Positions 32,243 to 41,508 of a stretch of 64,000 bases of DNA are shown here, in pieces. Source of the stretch: an uncultured bacterium. Its GTDB lineage: Bacteria; Chloroflexota; UBA5177; JANWHV01. The first letter of the stretch is position 1. Every line of letters starts with the position of its first letter. Where the stretch lies: the NCBI GenBank assembly GCA_963729625.1, contig CAVSOU010000008.1:224001-288000 (forward strand). The letters are read 5' to 3'. The translations under genes and the position numbers were made by a program. A model generated the notes under the pieces. The model was given only the letters and a program-made list of their open reading frames with translations. It had not been told where the DNA came from and made no database searches.

Positions 32243-33023
32243 GCATCCTCCGTATGTACTCCACAGACTCAAGGCCGCCGGTGAAGTCAGGATCGCTGCC
32301 CCAGAGCGACGCCGTCGTCGGCAGATCGCCGTCAGCGGCGAATGCCGTGAGGCGTTCGGCTTTCACGCGCACCGGCTCGTGCTCCGAATTGATAGCTACC
32401 ATCCCGATCACAGAGACTCTGCCGCCGAGAGCCGACTTAGCCTGCTCGAGTAAGTCTGTTGAAGAGAAGTCACAGGTGACTGCCTTGTGCGTCCAACTGT
32501 GGTATATGGTGAATCTTGGCTTCTGATGGACCGAGATGGCCTCAAGCGTGCCGTCGATTGAACCCAATGCTATGTGACGCACTTGCAACAACTGGGCAGC
32601 GTGCACCGTCGCCTGAGCTGTCAGGTAGAGCTCACGCGTATCGTCCTCATTTACCAGCACGATGCCTGTGACACCCTCCCGGCCGATCAAGCGAAGCACA
32701 CGCTGACAGCGCCGTATGCCAGTCTCGCGGAGATAGGGTGGAGTCATCGCTTGCTGTTCCAGACGCGCAACAGACGTGACGTAAGTCGCGATCACCTCCG
32801 GGCCACAGTCTCGGTCCGCAAGACGAGTCCGAGGACTGATCGCCAGTTCGGCGCTCCCTTCCCGCAGCCCAGCGACGACCCAATCAAGGCTACCCTTCTT
32901 CTCGCCGGAAATAGCTGTGTCGAGTTCCTCCAGAATGGCTTGTGTCTCCCGTAGCGCTGTTATTAGCGCATCCAGCGTGATATTGCCGAGGTCACCCTGG
33001 AGTCGAACCCGCAAGGTCGCCAT
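32232..33023 (-). CDS. Hypothetical protein coupled to PIN gene (candidate antitoxin)
   Basis: 263 aa, overlaps PIN start; C-terminal beta-rich region and DFTGGLESVEYIRRMR tail. Confidence 0.65.
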   Translation of the reverse strand: MATLRVRLQGDLGNITLDALITALRETQAILEELDTAISGEKKGSLDWVVAGLREGSAELAISPRTRLADRDCGPEVIATYVTSVARLEQQAMTPPYLRETGIRRCQRVLRLIGREGVTGIVLVNEDDTRELYLTAQATVHAAQLLQVRHIALGSIDGTLEAISVHQKPRFTIYHSWTHKAVTCDFSSTDLLEQAKSALGGRVSVIGMVAINSEHEPVRVKAERLTAFAADGDLPTTASLWGSDPDFTGGLESVEYIRRMRDA

Positions 33024-33242
33024 GTTAGTGCACCTCTAAATCCCTGCTGTCGTGCTGGATATCGCGTACATGCTAGCACACGCCACATGACCCGGTGCGC
33101 GAAAACAGGCCCGGCGATGGCCACCCAGCCGGCCCAAGACATGTGATCACCGCCCATACAGGGCGCGCATAGCCTGATGCCCGGGCAGTCGCAGTTCGGC
33201 GGGTGGCACCGGCGGAAGGCAACAGCGTGTGGGGTTGCAAAG

Positions 33243-33932
33243 CTACCGATATTTCGGCAGTTTTCCGCCGTCGCGCTCCCGGTGCCAGTCGTGCTCGCCG
33301 CTGCCCATGCCGCGCCACGGGCTCGGCCGGGTGTTCTCCCGCGGTGCCACGGGCAGCACGGGCGGATACTGCTCGCCGAACCAGCAGGCCAGGGCCACGG
33401 ACAGCACCAGATCGTCGTGGATGTTCTCCCGCCAGGCCTCGTAACTGTCGTTCCCGGTGGCGATGTTCACCTTGACCTTGAAGTTGAGCAGCTCCTGCAC
33501 CAGCGTTCCGGCCAGCGTCAGGCCCTCCGCGACCTTCAGCCGCCGGCCCTGGTAGAGCGCCACCAGCGTACTGGCCAGCTCGCGCTTGGGCACCTTCAGG
33601 TCGTAGGAGTTCTCCCGGTTCACCTCGGTCCCGCCGGTAATGGTGATGGCCCGGGGACGCACGCCGGCCGCGCTGAACATGTCGCAGATGGCGGCGCCGA
33701 CTCCGGTCCGGTCGATCACCAGCGGCGTGCTGCGCGTCAGGGGCGGGCGGTCGAGCAGGCCGATCACCTGCTCCACGATGACCGGGTAGCGCGTGCCCAG
33801 CGCCGGCCGCTCGAGGTAGCGCAGGTGATAGTCGTACTCGGCGCGACGGTCGCCTTCGACCTGTTCCACGATGCTGATCGCCGTGTAGTCCTGTGCCTGC
33901 CCCAGGTCCACGCCCACGATATAGTCGCTCAT
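33243..33932 (-). CDS. Terminase large subunit, nuclease (RNaseH-like) domain as separate gene
   Basis: VGVDLGQAQDYTAI, VIDRTGVG, HDDLVLSVALACW; own RBS AAGGAG. Confidence 0.85.
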   Translation of the reverse strand: MSDYIVGVDLGQAQDYTAISIVEQVEGDRRAEYDYHLRYLERPALGTRYPVIVEQVIGLLDRPPLTRSTPLVIDRTGVGAAICDMFSAAGVRPRAITITGGTEVNRENSYDLKVPKRELASTLVALYQGRRLKVAEGLTLAGTLVQELLNFKVKVNIATGNDSYEAWRENIHDDLVLSVALACWFGEQYPPVLPVAPRENTRPSPWRGMGSGEHDWHRERDGGKLPKYR

Positions 33933-33942
33933 TCTGGCTCCT

Positions 33943-34725
33943 TCATCCAGCCCGAAGGCTGGGGCCCTCGGCGAACAGCGGCGCCACGTCCGGCGTCATG
34001 CTGGCCATCACATCGTCATAGCCGAAGAGCTGGTCGACGGTCTCGGAGAACGCGCAGCAGTACTCTTGCTGGTACCACCAGGTGCCGAGCGCCCGCCGCT
34101 CCTCCTCCAGGAAGGCCGACGGGATGCGCGGGCACTGGCTCGCCGGCACCTCGTACCGCTCCCATCCGCTGCCCTCGGTCCACTCCTGGTGGAAGAAACC
34201 GCGCTTGCCGAACGGTGTGCTCAAGCACACGAGCCGCCCGCCGCTGACTGCCAGCATCGGCCTGCACGAATAGTACAATTCGTCCAGACAGCGTGCCGCT
34301 TCGTCGACGGCGAGCAGCGCCACGCCAGAATAGCCGCGCACTGTCTGCTCGGTGCCCGGCAGGCTGACGATGCGCGAGCCGTTCTCGAGCGTCAGTGTCA
34401 GCGCGGTCTCACTTTCGGCCGGCACCGGACGCCCGAGAGCGCGGTACACGCCGATGCACTTCTTGAACAGCTCCGAAGATTGCCGCAGGCTGGGCGAAAG
34501 CAGCAGCACCAGCGCGCCGGGTGTGTAGAGCGCGGTGTGCACTGCCAGCACGCTGGTAATGCTGGACTTACCGCTTTGCCGGCAGCAGTTCAGCAGCAAG
34601 CGCGGCGCGGTCGAGCGCAATACATCCTCTTGCCAGGCGTCCAGGTTCTCGAGGCCGACGGCGCGCGCCAGCCTGCACGGGTCGAGGGCCATAGCCAGGT
34701 CGCCGGCGAAGCTAGCCGTGTCCAT
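33943..34725 (-). CDS. Terminase large subunit, ATPase domain as separate gene
   Basis: DAWQED, CCRQSGKS (Walker A), VDEAA (Walker B), LSTPFGKRGFF. Confidence 0.9.
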   Translation of the reverse strand: MDTASFAGDLAMALDPCRLARAVGLENLDAWQEDVLRSTAPRLLLNCCRQSGKSSITSVLAVHTALYTPGALVLLLSPSLRQSSELFKKCIGVYRALGRPVPAESETALTLTLENGSRIVSLPGTEQTVRGYSGVALLAVDEAARCLDELYYSCRPMLAVSGGRLVCLSTPFGKRGFFHQEWTEGSGWERYEVPASQCPRIPSAFLEEERRALGTWWYQQEYCCAFSETVDQLFGYDDVMASMTPDVAPLFAEGPSLRAG

Positions 34726-35260
34726 TGGAGGCGTCCAGGCGCGCGAGGGCTCCCGCTACGGCGAATTTGGCCTCTGGGTGGGGCTGCAGGGCGTGCAGCA
34801 GCGTCGTGCGAACCTGGAGCCATTCGGGCGACAGCATCACCGCGACCTTGGGCGACTCGTCCAGTTCTCCCAGCAGCTTGGCCTGCAGCTCGATCTGCCG
34901 TTGAATACGGTCAATCGCGCGCAAGGCCGTCCCGGGGTCCCCGGCCTCACCGGCATCCATCAGGATTTGCAGGGTGGCGCTGTTGATGGCCTTCAGTTGT
35001 TGCACGACGTCGAGGGCCTGGCGGGCCTCTCTGGCTTCCTGACGCACTGCCTCTGCGGCAGTCTCAGCCGCGTGCACATCACGCTGCCGCAGTCCTTCGC
35101 CGAGCAGCGCGGGCAAGTGCTCGCTCTTGTGCCTGAAGAGGGCCGTCGCCGACATTCCGTAACATAGCGAAACACTCCGTAACGTCTGGCCTGCGACCAG
35201 CGCCCGGTCAATGTTGGCTCGCCCTTCATGCGTGCATACGCTACAGTTTCGTCCAGGCAT
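34712..35260 (-). CDS. Putative terminase small subunit (Zn/HTH N-terminus)
   Basis: CSVCTH...LRSVSLCYGMSATALFRHKSEHL HTH plus helical region; overlaps TerL ATPase start. Confidence 0.6.
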   Translation of the reverse strand: MPGRNCSVCTHEGRANIDRALVAGQTLRSVSLCYGMSATALFRHKSEHLPALLGEGLRQRDVHAAETAAEAVRQEAREARQALDVVQQLKAINSATLQILMDAGEAGDPGTALRAIDRIQRQIELQAKLLGELDESPKVAVMLSPEWLQVRTTLLHALQPHPEAKFAVAGALARLDASNGHG

Positions 35261-35263
35261 CGG

Positions 35264-36295
35264 TCAGCCCTCTTTCTCCGGCTCCTCCGGCAATAGCCCC
35301 ATCGCGCGCAGGAACGGGCGCGAGCGGGCCGCCAGCCGCATGCAGGCCGCGTACGTCATGACGTTCACGTGATCACCTATCAGGCTGCTCTGCGTTATCG
35401 AGCGGAAGGGGTTGCCGGTATCGGGTGCTTCCATCTGGGCCGTGAACTCCAGCGGCTGGCCGAACACCAGGCGGTTCAGGTTGGCGCGGTTGGGCCTAAA
35501 GCCCGGCACGCCCTCCACGCCGCAGCAGCAACTGGCATCGCTCAGACTGCGCAGGCGGTTCTCGCCGCAGAAGAAGGCGAGCCCGCACTCGTGCGCGGCC
35601 GCCTTGATCGCCGTGTACTCGGCCCGCAGTGCCGCTACGGGGTAGCACCAGTCCGCGCCCACGCGGATCATGCCCGGGCGCTTGCGGCCCCGCTTCATAC
35701 CCTGGATCTCCACGCCGTACACCCCGCGCGCCGCGTAGAGCGGCAGGGCGGCCCGCACGGACTCCACCAGGCCCAGGGAATAGGGGGAAATGCGCACGAT
35801 CACCCGTTTACAGGTTTCGGCCAGCTTAGGCAGCATGTCCAGCCGCTCCGCGAAGCGCGGGGCGCCTGGCTCCAGGGCGTCGTACTGCGGCGCTACCATG
35901 CTCACCTGGGCTACGGCGTTGCAGCGCCGCAGCAGGGCCAGGTACTCCGGCGTGGCGACGAGCTTGCCCTTGGTGCTGAAGGCGAACGGGTAGCCCGTGG
36001 CGGCGAACAATTCCAGCACGGCGTAGCTGGCCCGGTGTTTCTTCTCCAGCGGCTGAAAGGGGTCGCTCATGCCGCCCCAGTGCAGGGGTATGTCCCAATC
36101 ACACCAGCGACAGTCCGCAGTCCGCTTGCCCTGGATGAAGCGGTCTACCGCCGCCACCGACTCCAGAGCCTTCACGTTGTGGATTGAGCCGTTGCGTCGA
36201 GTGAAGCAATACGTGCAGCCATGCGAACAGCCCGCATAGGTGTCGAACCGAACCGGAAGATCGCAGAGCACCAGCTGGGAGCCGCAGCTAGGCAA
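35264..36295 (-). CDS. Radical SAM protein (SPL/photolyase-like clade)
   Basis: DTYAGCSHGCTYCF CxxxCxxC, GGMSDPFQPLE; TTG start after GAGGAGG. Confidence 0.85.
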   Translation of the reverse strand: MPSCGSQLVLCDLPVRFDTYAGCSHGCTYCFTRRNGSIHNVKALESVAAVDRFIQGKRTADCRWCDWDIPLHWGGMSDPFQPLEKKHRASYAVLELFAATGYPFAFSTKGKLVATPEYLALLRRCNAVAQVSMVAPQYDALEPGAPRFAERLDMLPKLAETCKRVIVRISPYSLGLVESVRAALPLYAARGVYGVEIQGMKRGRKRPGMIRVGADWCYPVAALRAEYTAIKAAAHECGLAFFCGENRLRSLSDASCCCGVEGVPGFRPNRANLNRLVFGQPLEFTAQMEAPDTGNPFRSITQSSLIGDHVNVMTYAACMRLAARSRPFLRAMGLLPEEPEKEG

Positions 36296-36923
36296 CTTGG
36301 TCCTCCTCTGTAGAAGGCTTTGGTTCCTCGCGGCCACGAACCAAGGAGGCGAAAGCCTCTTCCCACGGGCCATGTCCGTCGCGGCGGATCACGCCACGCA
36401 CCAGTTCAGCGTCCTCCGCCTTGAAGACCAGCGTGACGCTCGCCTGCTCCCCGCCTAGCTCCGCGCGCAGGCCGGAACTGAAGCTATCCAGCAGGTCCTC
36501 GGGTACGAACTCGCGTCCCACGCCACCAGCCAGGCCATCGAGCATGGCGCGCAGTCCTTCGCTGTCGGTCCGCACCTCGTCCATGAGAGCCTGCAGCCGC
36601 CCGGCGGCCGCGCCGGCCATTGCCGCGATAGGGTCCATGGTCAGCAGCAGTTTGTTCGCCTCGGCTTCGTCCACATCCAGGATCGCAACCTGCCAGGTCT
36701 CATCAGGATCGACATCCTTGCGCAGATGCCCGTCAATCAGCGTCAACTCGCCAGCGCTGTTCGTGTACGCCACCAGCACGGCAGCCTTACCGACTTCTTC
36801 CAGAATGCCTTTCAGCGCGGCAGATTGCGCTTTTGAATGCGTCCTGAAATTCCTTGGATTAGCGGCCAGTTCAGCGGCGCATACCTTGCGTACGTCCACG
36901 ATGCGATCACGTAGCGCGCTCAT
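36288..36923 (-). CDS. ParB/Srx N-terminal domain protein
   Basis: ELAANPRNFRTH, LIDGHLR. Confidence 0.8.
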   Translation of the reverse strand: MSALRDRIVDVRKVCAAELAANPRNFRTHSKAQSAALKGILEEVGKAAVLVAYTNSAGELTLIDGHLRKDVDPDETWQVAILDVDEAEANKLLLTMDPIAAMAGAAAGRLQALMDEVRTDSEGLRAMLDGLAGGVGREFVPEDLLDSFSSGLRAELGGEQASVTLVFKAEDAELVRGVIRRDGHGPWEEAFASLVRGREEPKPSTEEDQVA

Positions 36924-36929
36924 GCGATG

Positions 36930-37412
36930 CTACTCCTTGGCCGAAGCCGAGCCTCCGGCCGGGGCTTGGTGCATGAGCAGTCCAAACTCTTTCCGGGCCG
37001 CCAACCGCCGCCCTACCAACATCCGGCCACGGGCTGCGGCGGTCTGGCAATCGAGGCTCCCCTCAGTGGCTTGGAACTCGCGTAGCAGTGTCTCTGACGT
37101 CTCCAACTCTTTGGCCAGGGTGGGATTCTGGGCCAGTGCCCAGGCGTGGCGCCGCGAGCGGTCGGCGTCGAGCAGGGCCTGCTGCTCGGCTGCCTTCAGG
37201 GCGGCGGCTTGCCGTTCCGCCTCCGCCTCGATGGTCCGCAGGTGGTGCATGGCGCTGTCGGCTCTCTCTTTGGCCTCGTGTAGCCGGGGACTGTGGGGCG
37301 AAAGCACGCCGGCCTGGCTCAAGTATGCTAAGTCCCGGACCTTGAGCAAGGCGGTTTCGGCTGCTTGGGTCGCGGCCTCGATGGCCGAAGGCTCGGCATC
37401 GGTGATGTCCAT
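36930..37412 (-). CDS. Alpha-helical hypothetical protein
   Basis: RBS GGAGG; Ala/Glu-rich coiled-coil-like sequence; N-terminus paralogous to 37414-37617. Confidence 0.65.
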   Translation of the reverse strand: MDITDAEPSAIEAATQAAETALLKVRDLAYLSQAGVLSPHSPRLHEAKERADSAMHHLRTIEAEAERQAAALKAAEQQALLDADRSRRHAWALAQNPTLAKELETSETLLREFQATEGSLDCQTAAARGRMLVGRRLAARKEFGLLMHQAPAGGSASAKE

Positions 37413-37413
37413 C

Positions 37414-37617
37414 TCATCCTCCATACAACACGCGCTTGGCGTCAGATAGGGCATCCGAAGTCGCCTTGGCCCGCTGCCTGGCTGCCAGGAGTTCGGGGGA
37501 GTCGGCGGCCACGACGCCAATCTGGGCCAGATACTCGACGTCTCGAAGTTCCAATGCGGCGGAGCGTGCACGTCCCTGTGCGTCGGCGACGCTCTGCAAA
37601 GCTTGGTCATGGTTCAC
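37414..37617 (-). CDS. Small helical hypothetical protein
   Basis: RBS AAGGAG plus GTG; LRDVEYLAQIGVVAADSPEL. Confidence 0.65.
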   Translation of the reverse strand: MNHDQALQSVADAQGRARSAALELRDVEYLAQIGVVAADSPELLAARQRAKATSDALSDAKRVLYGG

Positions 37618-37725
37618 ATCTCTCTCCTTTCGTTCAAGGGTGGTCGGGCCTGTGGTGGTGAGGACAGGCCCGGCCTCAAGGTGGCCGCCTGGCGGTGGAG
37701 GGCGCACCGGACGGCCGGGTAAATG

Positions 37726-37953
37726 CTAGAACTCTGGCCGCGTCTTCGCGAGCAAGTTGTCGGCAAGCTTGCGGGTCTCGGTATAGCTCTTGCCAAGCAC
37801 CTTGGCCACTTTACGCAGGTCGTTTTCACAGGCGGCCATTGCGTTTACCAGCATCACGTCCTCATCCGTGGTGGCCACGGCGCGGACGGCTTCGGACTCG
37901 GCGAACTTGCGCAGGATGACGCGGTCTCGAATAGCGCTGGCTGTTTTGTCCAT
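37726..37953 (-). CDS. Small hypothetical protein (possible HTH)
   Basis: RBS AAGGAG; NDLRKVAKVLGKSYTETRK. Confidence 0.55.
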   Translation of the reverse strand: MDKTASAIRDRVILRKFAESEAVRAVATTDEDVMLVNAMAACENDLRKVAKVLGKSYTETRKLADNLLAKTRPEF

Positions 37954-37956
37954 GTC

Positions 37957-38178
37957 CTACTCCTTATCGGGGAATCCTATGTTCCCTGCTATGATCGGGC
38001 GGGGTCCTAGCGCGCGGTTGCGGGGTCCCAACGCGGCCACCGTGCGCCGCAGTTCGTCGGACGTGGTGCCCAGCTCCGCCGCCGCGTTCTTCCAGTTCCC
38101 ATTGCAGTGTTCGAGGGCGTCGAGCATCTCGTTCTCGGCACCGGTTGCGCTCTGCCGGATATGATTGGGCCATTTCAT
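37957..38178 (-). CDS. Fis-like HTH protein
   Basis: LDALEHCNGNWKNAAAELGTTSDELRR. Confidence 0.65.
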   Translation of the reverse strand: MKWPNHIRQSATGAENEMLDALEHCNGNWKNAAAELGTTSDELRRTVAALGPRNRALGPRPIIAGNIGFPDKE

Positions 38179-38234
38179 GGGTGGTTTCCTTTCCTGCTAG
38201 ATGCCTGCCGGCTTTGCCGGTCCCTTCCTCCGCC

Positions 38235-38441
38235 TCACTCCTTTCTCGGGGCTTCATGCAGCAAGCCCAGTCGATGCGCTTTCCTGAGTGCGGCGCGCAG
38301 GTAGCGCTCGGAGCAGCGACAGCGGGCAGCCGCCAGCCGGATAAACTCCCGCTCGTTGTACGGCCAGGGCAACTGTGCGCAATTGCGCACATGCTCACTT
38401 GCGGCGCCGTGTATTCGGTGGTCTACGTTCGCGGTGTTCAT
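38235..38441 (-). CDS. Small hypothetical protein
   Basis: ATG overlaps stop of 38438-38734. Confidence 0.45.
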   Translation of the reverse strand: MNTANVDHRIHGAASEHVRNCAQLPWPYNEREFIRLAAARCRCSERYLRAALRKAHRLGLLHEAPRKE

Positions 38442-38734
38442 CGGACACACGCCAGGCGCGGCACGTTGGCCAGTTCCAGCGCGCGTAGGGCCTGCTCGGC
38501 GCGCCGGCCCTGTAGCACGAGTGTCCGCTCCCAGCCTTTCGGCATGTCGCGCAGCGCAACCGTTACCTTGGGCGCTGGCACCCACGTTCCGTCGTCGCAG
38601 AGCACCTCGCCTTGGCCGGGGAAATAGGCCGCGATACAGGCTCGATTGACGCGGAGCATGCCGAGCGTCACGAACTCCGTTTCCTTCCTGCTTGCTTCTT
38701 TGCGTGTAGCTTTCGCTACGGCTAGGTCGTACAC
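38438..38734 (-). CDS. Hypothetical protein
   Basis: 98-aa ORF co-oriented with element genes. Confidence 0.45.
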   Translation of the reverse strand: MYDLAVAKATRKEASRKETEFVTLGMLRVNRACIAAYFPGQGEVLCDDGTWVPAPKVTVALRDMPKGWERTLVLQGRRAEQALRALELANVPRLACVR

Positions 38735-38894
38735 TTAGTCTGTTCCCTTCACTTCCGCCGCGGCCGGCCAGGGCCACGGCATGCTCATATCCGTCGTGGT
38801 GCGCTCTTTCAGTAGCGCCACCAGCTCGGGTTTTCTGTCCGCCAGCCAATCATGACTCGTCCACTCCTTCACATTTTCATTTCCTATCAGCACG

Positions 38895-38960
38895 ACTTCA
38901 GCACTTCGCGAAGTGCTGAAGTGTGCTGAAGTCCGCTGAAGTCCGCTGAAGTCGCGCTAA
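38895..38960. repeat. Putative replication origin: 28-bp palindrome plus iterons
   Basis: ACTTCAGCACTTCGCGAAGTGCTGAAGT (38895-38922); GCTGAAGT at 38915, 38925, 38935, 38945 (10-bp period); directly downstream of primase-helicase. Confidence 0.7.
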
Positions 38961-38970
38961 AAGCACACAT

Positions 38971-41100
38971 TCAGAAGGGCTCCTCGTCACTGCCTATCGG
39001 GAAGTACCTGGAGTCGCTGCTTTTGGCCTTGCCGGCATGCCGTAACAACCCTGCTTGCTCCAGTCTCAGCAGGCACTTCGCCAGCACGCGATCTTGTTGA
39101 ACACCGCTGCGAACCTTAATGTCGCCGTAGGCCCACCCGGCGGGCGGCGCGTTTTGCAGGGCCTCATAGACGGCTCGCTCGTCAGCGGAAAACGCCGTCT
39201 TCGTCGGGTCCACGCCTTCGCGGTCGTTCGCTACCAGCACGGCTGTCCTGACGTCGCGCGCCGGGTCCGTGAACTCCTTCAGGTGGTAGAAGTGGTTCGG
39301 GAACTGGGGCGAATTGCTCCCGGCAGCCCATGACACGGTGATTGTGCCCAGTTCGTCTTGAGCCAGTTTGATGCACTGCGTCACGCCGGCCAGCAGCACC
39401 GTTGAGCCCCGCATCCGGTCGCTTTCGGCCCAGCCGGAATGATGGACGAGCATGACGTGCGCGCCGGTTTCGCGCCGCAGTATGTCGACGCCTCGAATCA
39501 GGTCCTGCATGTCCTTGGTCGAGTTCTCATCGCCCAGGTTGCACCGGCTTACCGTGTCGAGGGCGAACAGTGCGGGCCGCTGGAGTCCGGCATCAGCGAG
39601 CGTTCCTTGCAAGACCGCCAGCTCCTCTGCGATGGCCACGTAGACAGGCTGCGTGATGACTACCAGGTTGGGAATGGTCTTGCCGCCGTTGTAGGTCGCG
39701 CACCATGCGTACAGGCGGTCGCCGAACTTCCGAACGTTGCCTTCCGCCATGACGATGACCACCGGTCTACCGGTCGTCACGGCCACGCGGCAGGCTATCT
39801 CGACGACCAGGAACGTTTTCCCTTTACCTATTCCTGCAAAGAGCAGGCTTGCTTCGCCCCCCACGACGTATGGCTCGTAGAGATAGGTGGGCTTGAGCTG
39901 AGCGAGCATCTCTTCTATGCTCCAGAACTTGAAGCGACGGGGCGGTTCCATACTCTCTGCGTGAGCGTTGTGCGGAGAATCCGGTAAATACGCTGCATTG
40001 CCGTTCGGACTCGCGTGTACGTCGCGAACGCTCACCATGCCGCCGTACCCTTGCGTGGCCAGCGCCGACGCCGCGCGAGTCCAGTCGCTGCCGTGCTCGA
40101 GTGCTGCGTAGATTTGGAAAGGAGCGTAGCCGCGGCCAGGCTCGAATATCGGCCAAGACGTGCTGAACTGCACAAGGATAGGCACGCCGTTCAGCACGCG
40201 GATATCGCCAGAGCTCCCGTCTCTCGGGTCCTTGCCCGGTCGCGTGATTGTCGCTCCGACCCCGGTGGACCAGGTTCGCACGGTCGCGCCGGCCTTGCGC
40301 AGCAGGGCTTCGACGTCCGCCAAAGACGCTCGCTCGTTGTAGGCGTCCCCGGGTCGTGTGCCGCCGTCGTGGCGGCTCGAACGCCCCGCTCGCCGGACAG
40401 CGGCCGCCTGCGCCGCGTGCAGGAACTCCATGCCCTCATTGAACTCGCCTGCTATCTCGATGAGCAGGTCGCGCTCCTGCAAGGTCACTGTCGGGGGATT
40501 GAGGGGATCGCCCTGCACGACTTCGCAGCCCACCATAGGCCAGAAGATGCCGTAGCCACCGTCACCTCGACTCTCGATCAACGGCTCTCGCTTGACCCTG
40601 GTGGGATCGTCTTCGTCCGGACTGTAGGCTGCCGCGAATACCTGGTTCCCGGATAGCTCGCCCCCGTACCGGATCGGAATATGGAGCCCTCCGGACTTAG
40701 AGCGCCACATAAGCAGGCGCCCATACAGCCCAGGATTCCGCTCTCGCACCCGGTTGCAATAGTGCTCGACGCGCTGGGCATCCTGGCCCTTGAGATCTAT
40801 CTCGAACAGTTCCAGGGCCTCGCCCAGCGGCCTTTGCTTGCCGTAGACGATGGCCGCAACGTCGGCCCCCTGCCCCGGCCAGGCGTCGAATTCTGCCGGC
40901 GTCGCCAGCCGTTCCCGGAATGGAGCCCAGGTCCGCTTCAGCTCGCCCGTTTCCGGGTCGAGCCTGACTGGAAGCGCATCAAAGCGCGGTTGCTTGGTGC
41001 TGGTGCTGGCGGGGAGAATGCTGATATTGGCGGCCAGCAGCTGCGCTGCCATCCGCCAGTTCGGTGGTGTAAGGACGGGACCAGCGGGCGCGGCGCTCAT
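38971..41100 (-). CDS. Bifunctional primase-polymerase fused to AAA/RepA-type helicase
   Basis: SKSGGLHI, IESRGDGGY (prim-pol); AGIGKGKTF, FALDTVSR, VHHSG, MRGST (AAA_25-like); C-terminal wHTH. Confidence 0.85.
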   Translation of the reverse strand: MSAAPAGPVLTPPNWRMAAQLLAANISILPASTSTKQPRFDALPVRLDPETGELKRTWAPFRERLATPAEFDAWPGQGADVAAIVYGKQRPLGEALELFEIDLKGQDAQRVEHYCNRVRERNPGLYGRLLMWRSKSGGLHIPIRYGGELSGNQVFAAAYSPDEDDPTRVKREPLIESRGDGGYGIFWPMVGCEVVQGDPLNPPTVTLQERDLLIEIAGEFNEGMEFLHAAQAAAVRRAGRSSRHDGGTRPGDAYNERASLADVEALLRKAGATVRTWSTGVGATITRPGKDPRDGSSGDIRVLNGVPILVQFSTSWPIFEPGRGYAPFQIYAALEHGSDWTRAASALATQGYGGMVSVRDVHASPNGNAAYLPDSPHNAHAESMEPPRRFKFWSIEEMLAQLKPTYLYEPYVVGGEASLLFAGIGKGKTFLVVEIACRVAVTTGRPVVIVMAEGNVRKFGDRLYAWCATYNGGKTIPNLVVITQPVYVAIAEELAVLQGTLADAGLQRPALFALDTVSRCNLGDENSTKDMQDLIRGVDILRRETGAHVMLVHHSGWAESDRMRGSTVLLAGVTQCIKLAQDELGTITVSWAAGSNSPQFPNHFYHLKEFTDPARDVRTAVLVANDREGVDPTKTAFSADERAVYEALQNAPPAGWAYGDIKVRSGVQQDRVLAKCLLRLEQAGLLRHAGKAKSSDSRYFPIGSDEEPF

Positions 41101-41330
41101 GACCGCATACCCGCGACAGCAAGCGCTCGAGCGATGCGCTGCTCAGCAGGAAGGCTCGTGTCTCCCAGGATCGCGACGGCACGTCGCGCACGATAACCCG
41201 AGAGAAGACAATCACGCTCTCGCAGTAAGCAGGACACCTCGCGCGTCAAGCTGACAATCCGTCGCTCCAAGCAGAGAGCTTCGGCGCTTGCCGCTGTGGT
41301 AGGATTAAGGTTGTGGAGCGGTGCAACCAT
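41097..41330 (-). CDS. Small hypothetical protein
   Basis: RBS GGAGG; stop overlaps primase start. Confidence 0.5.
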   Translation of the reverse strand: MVAPLHNLNPTTAASAEALCLERRIVSLTREVSCLLRERDCLLSGYRARRAVAILGDTSLPAEQRIARALAVAGMRS

Positions 41331-41508
41331 CACCACCTCCACGCTTCCCGCCGCCGGCCTGACTCGCTGGCGGCTTGCTGTCCTGGTGGGAGCGTTCACC
41401 CTGGCGCTTCCGCAGGTTGAGCCAGCCCTCGAAGACGGCCGCTGAGATGTCTTGCAGGGCTGCCTCGGGACTGATGGGCGCGGTGTCGGTTTGCGCAAGC
41501 GCAGCCAT
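41305..41508 (-). CDS. Small hypothetical protein
   Basis: Start overlaps stop of the HTH gene. Confidence 0.5.
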   Translation of the reverse strand: MAALAQTDTAPISPEAALQDISAAVFEGWLNLRKRQGERSHQDSKPPASQAGGGKRGGGDGCTAPQP

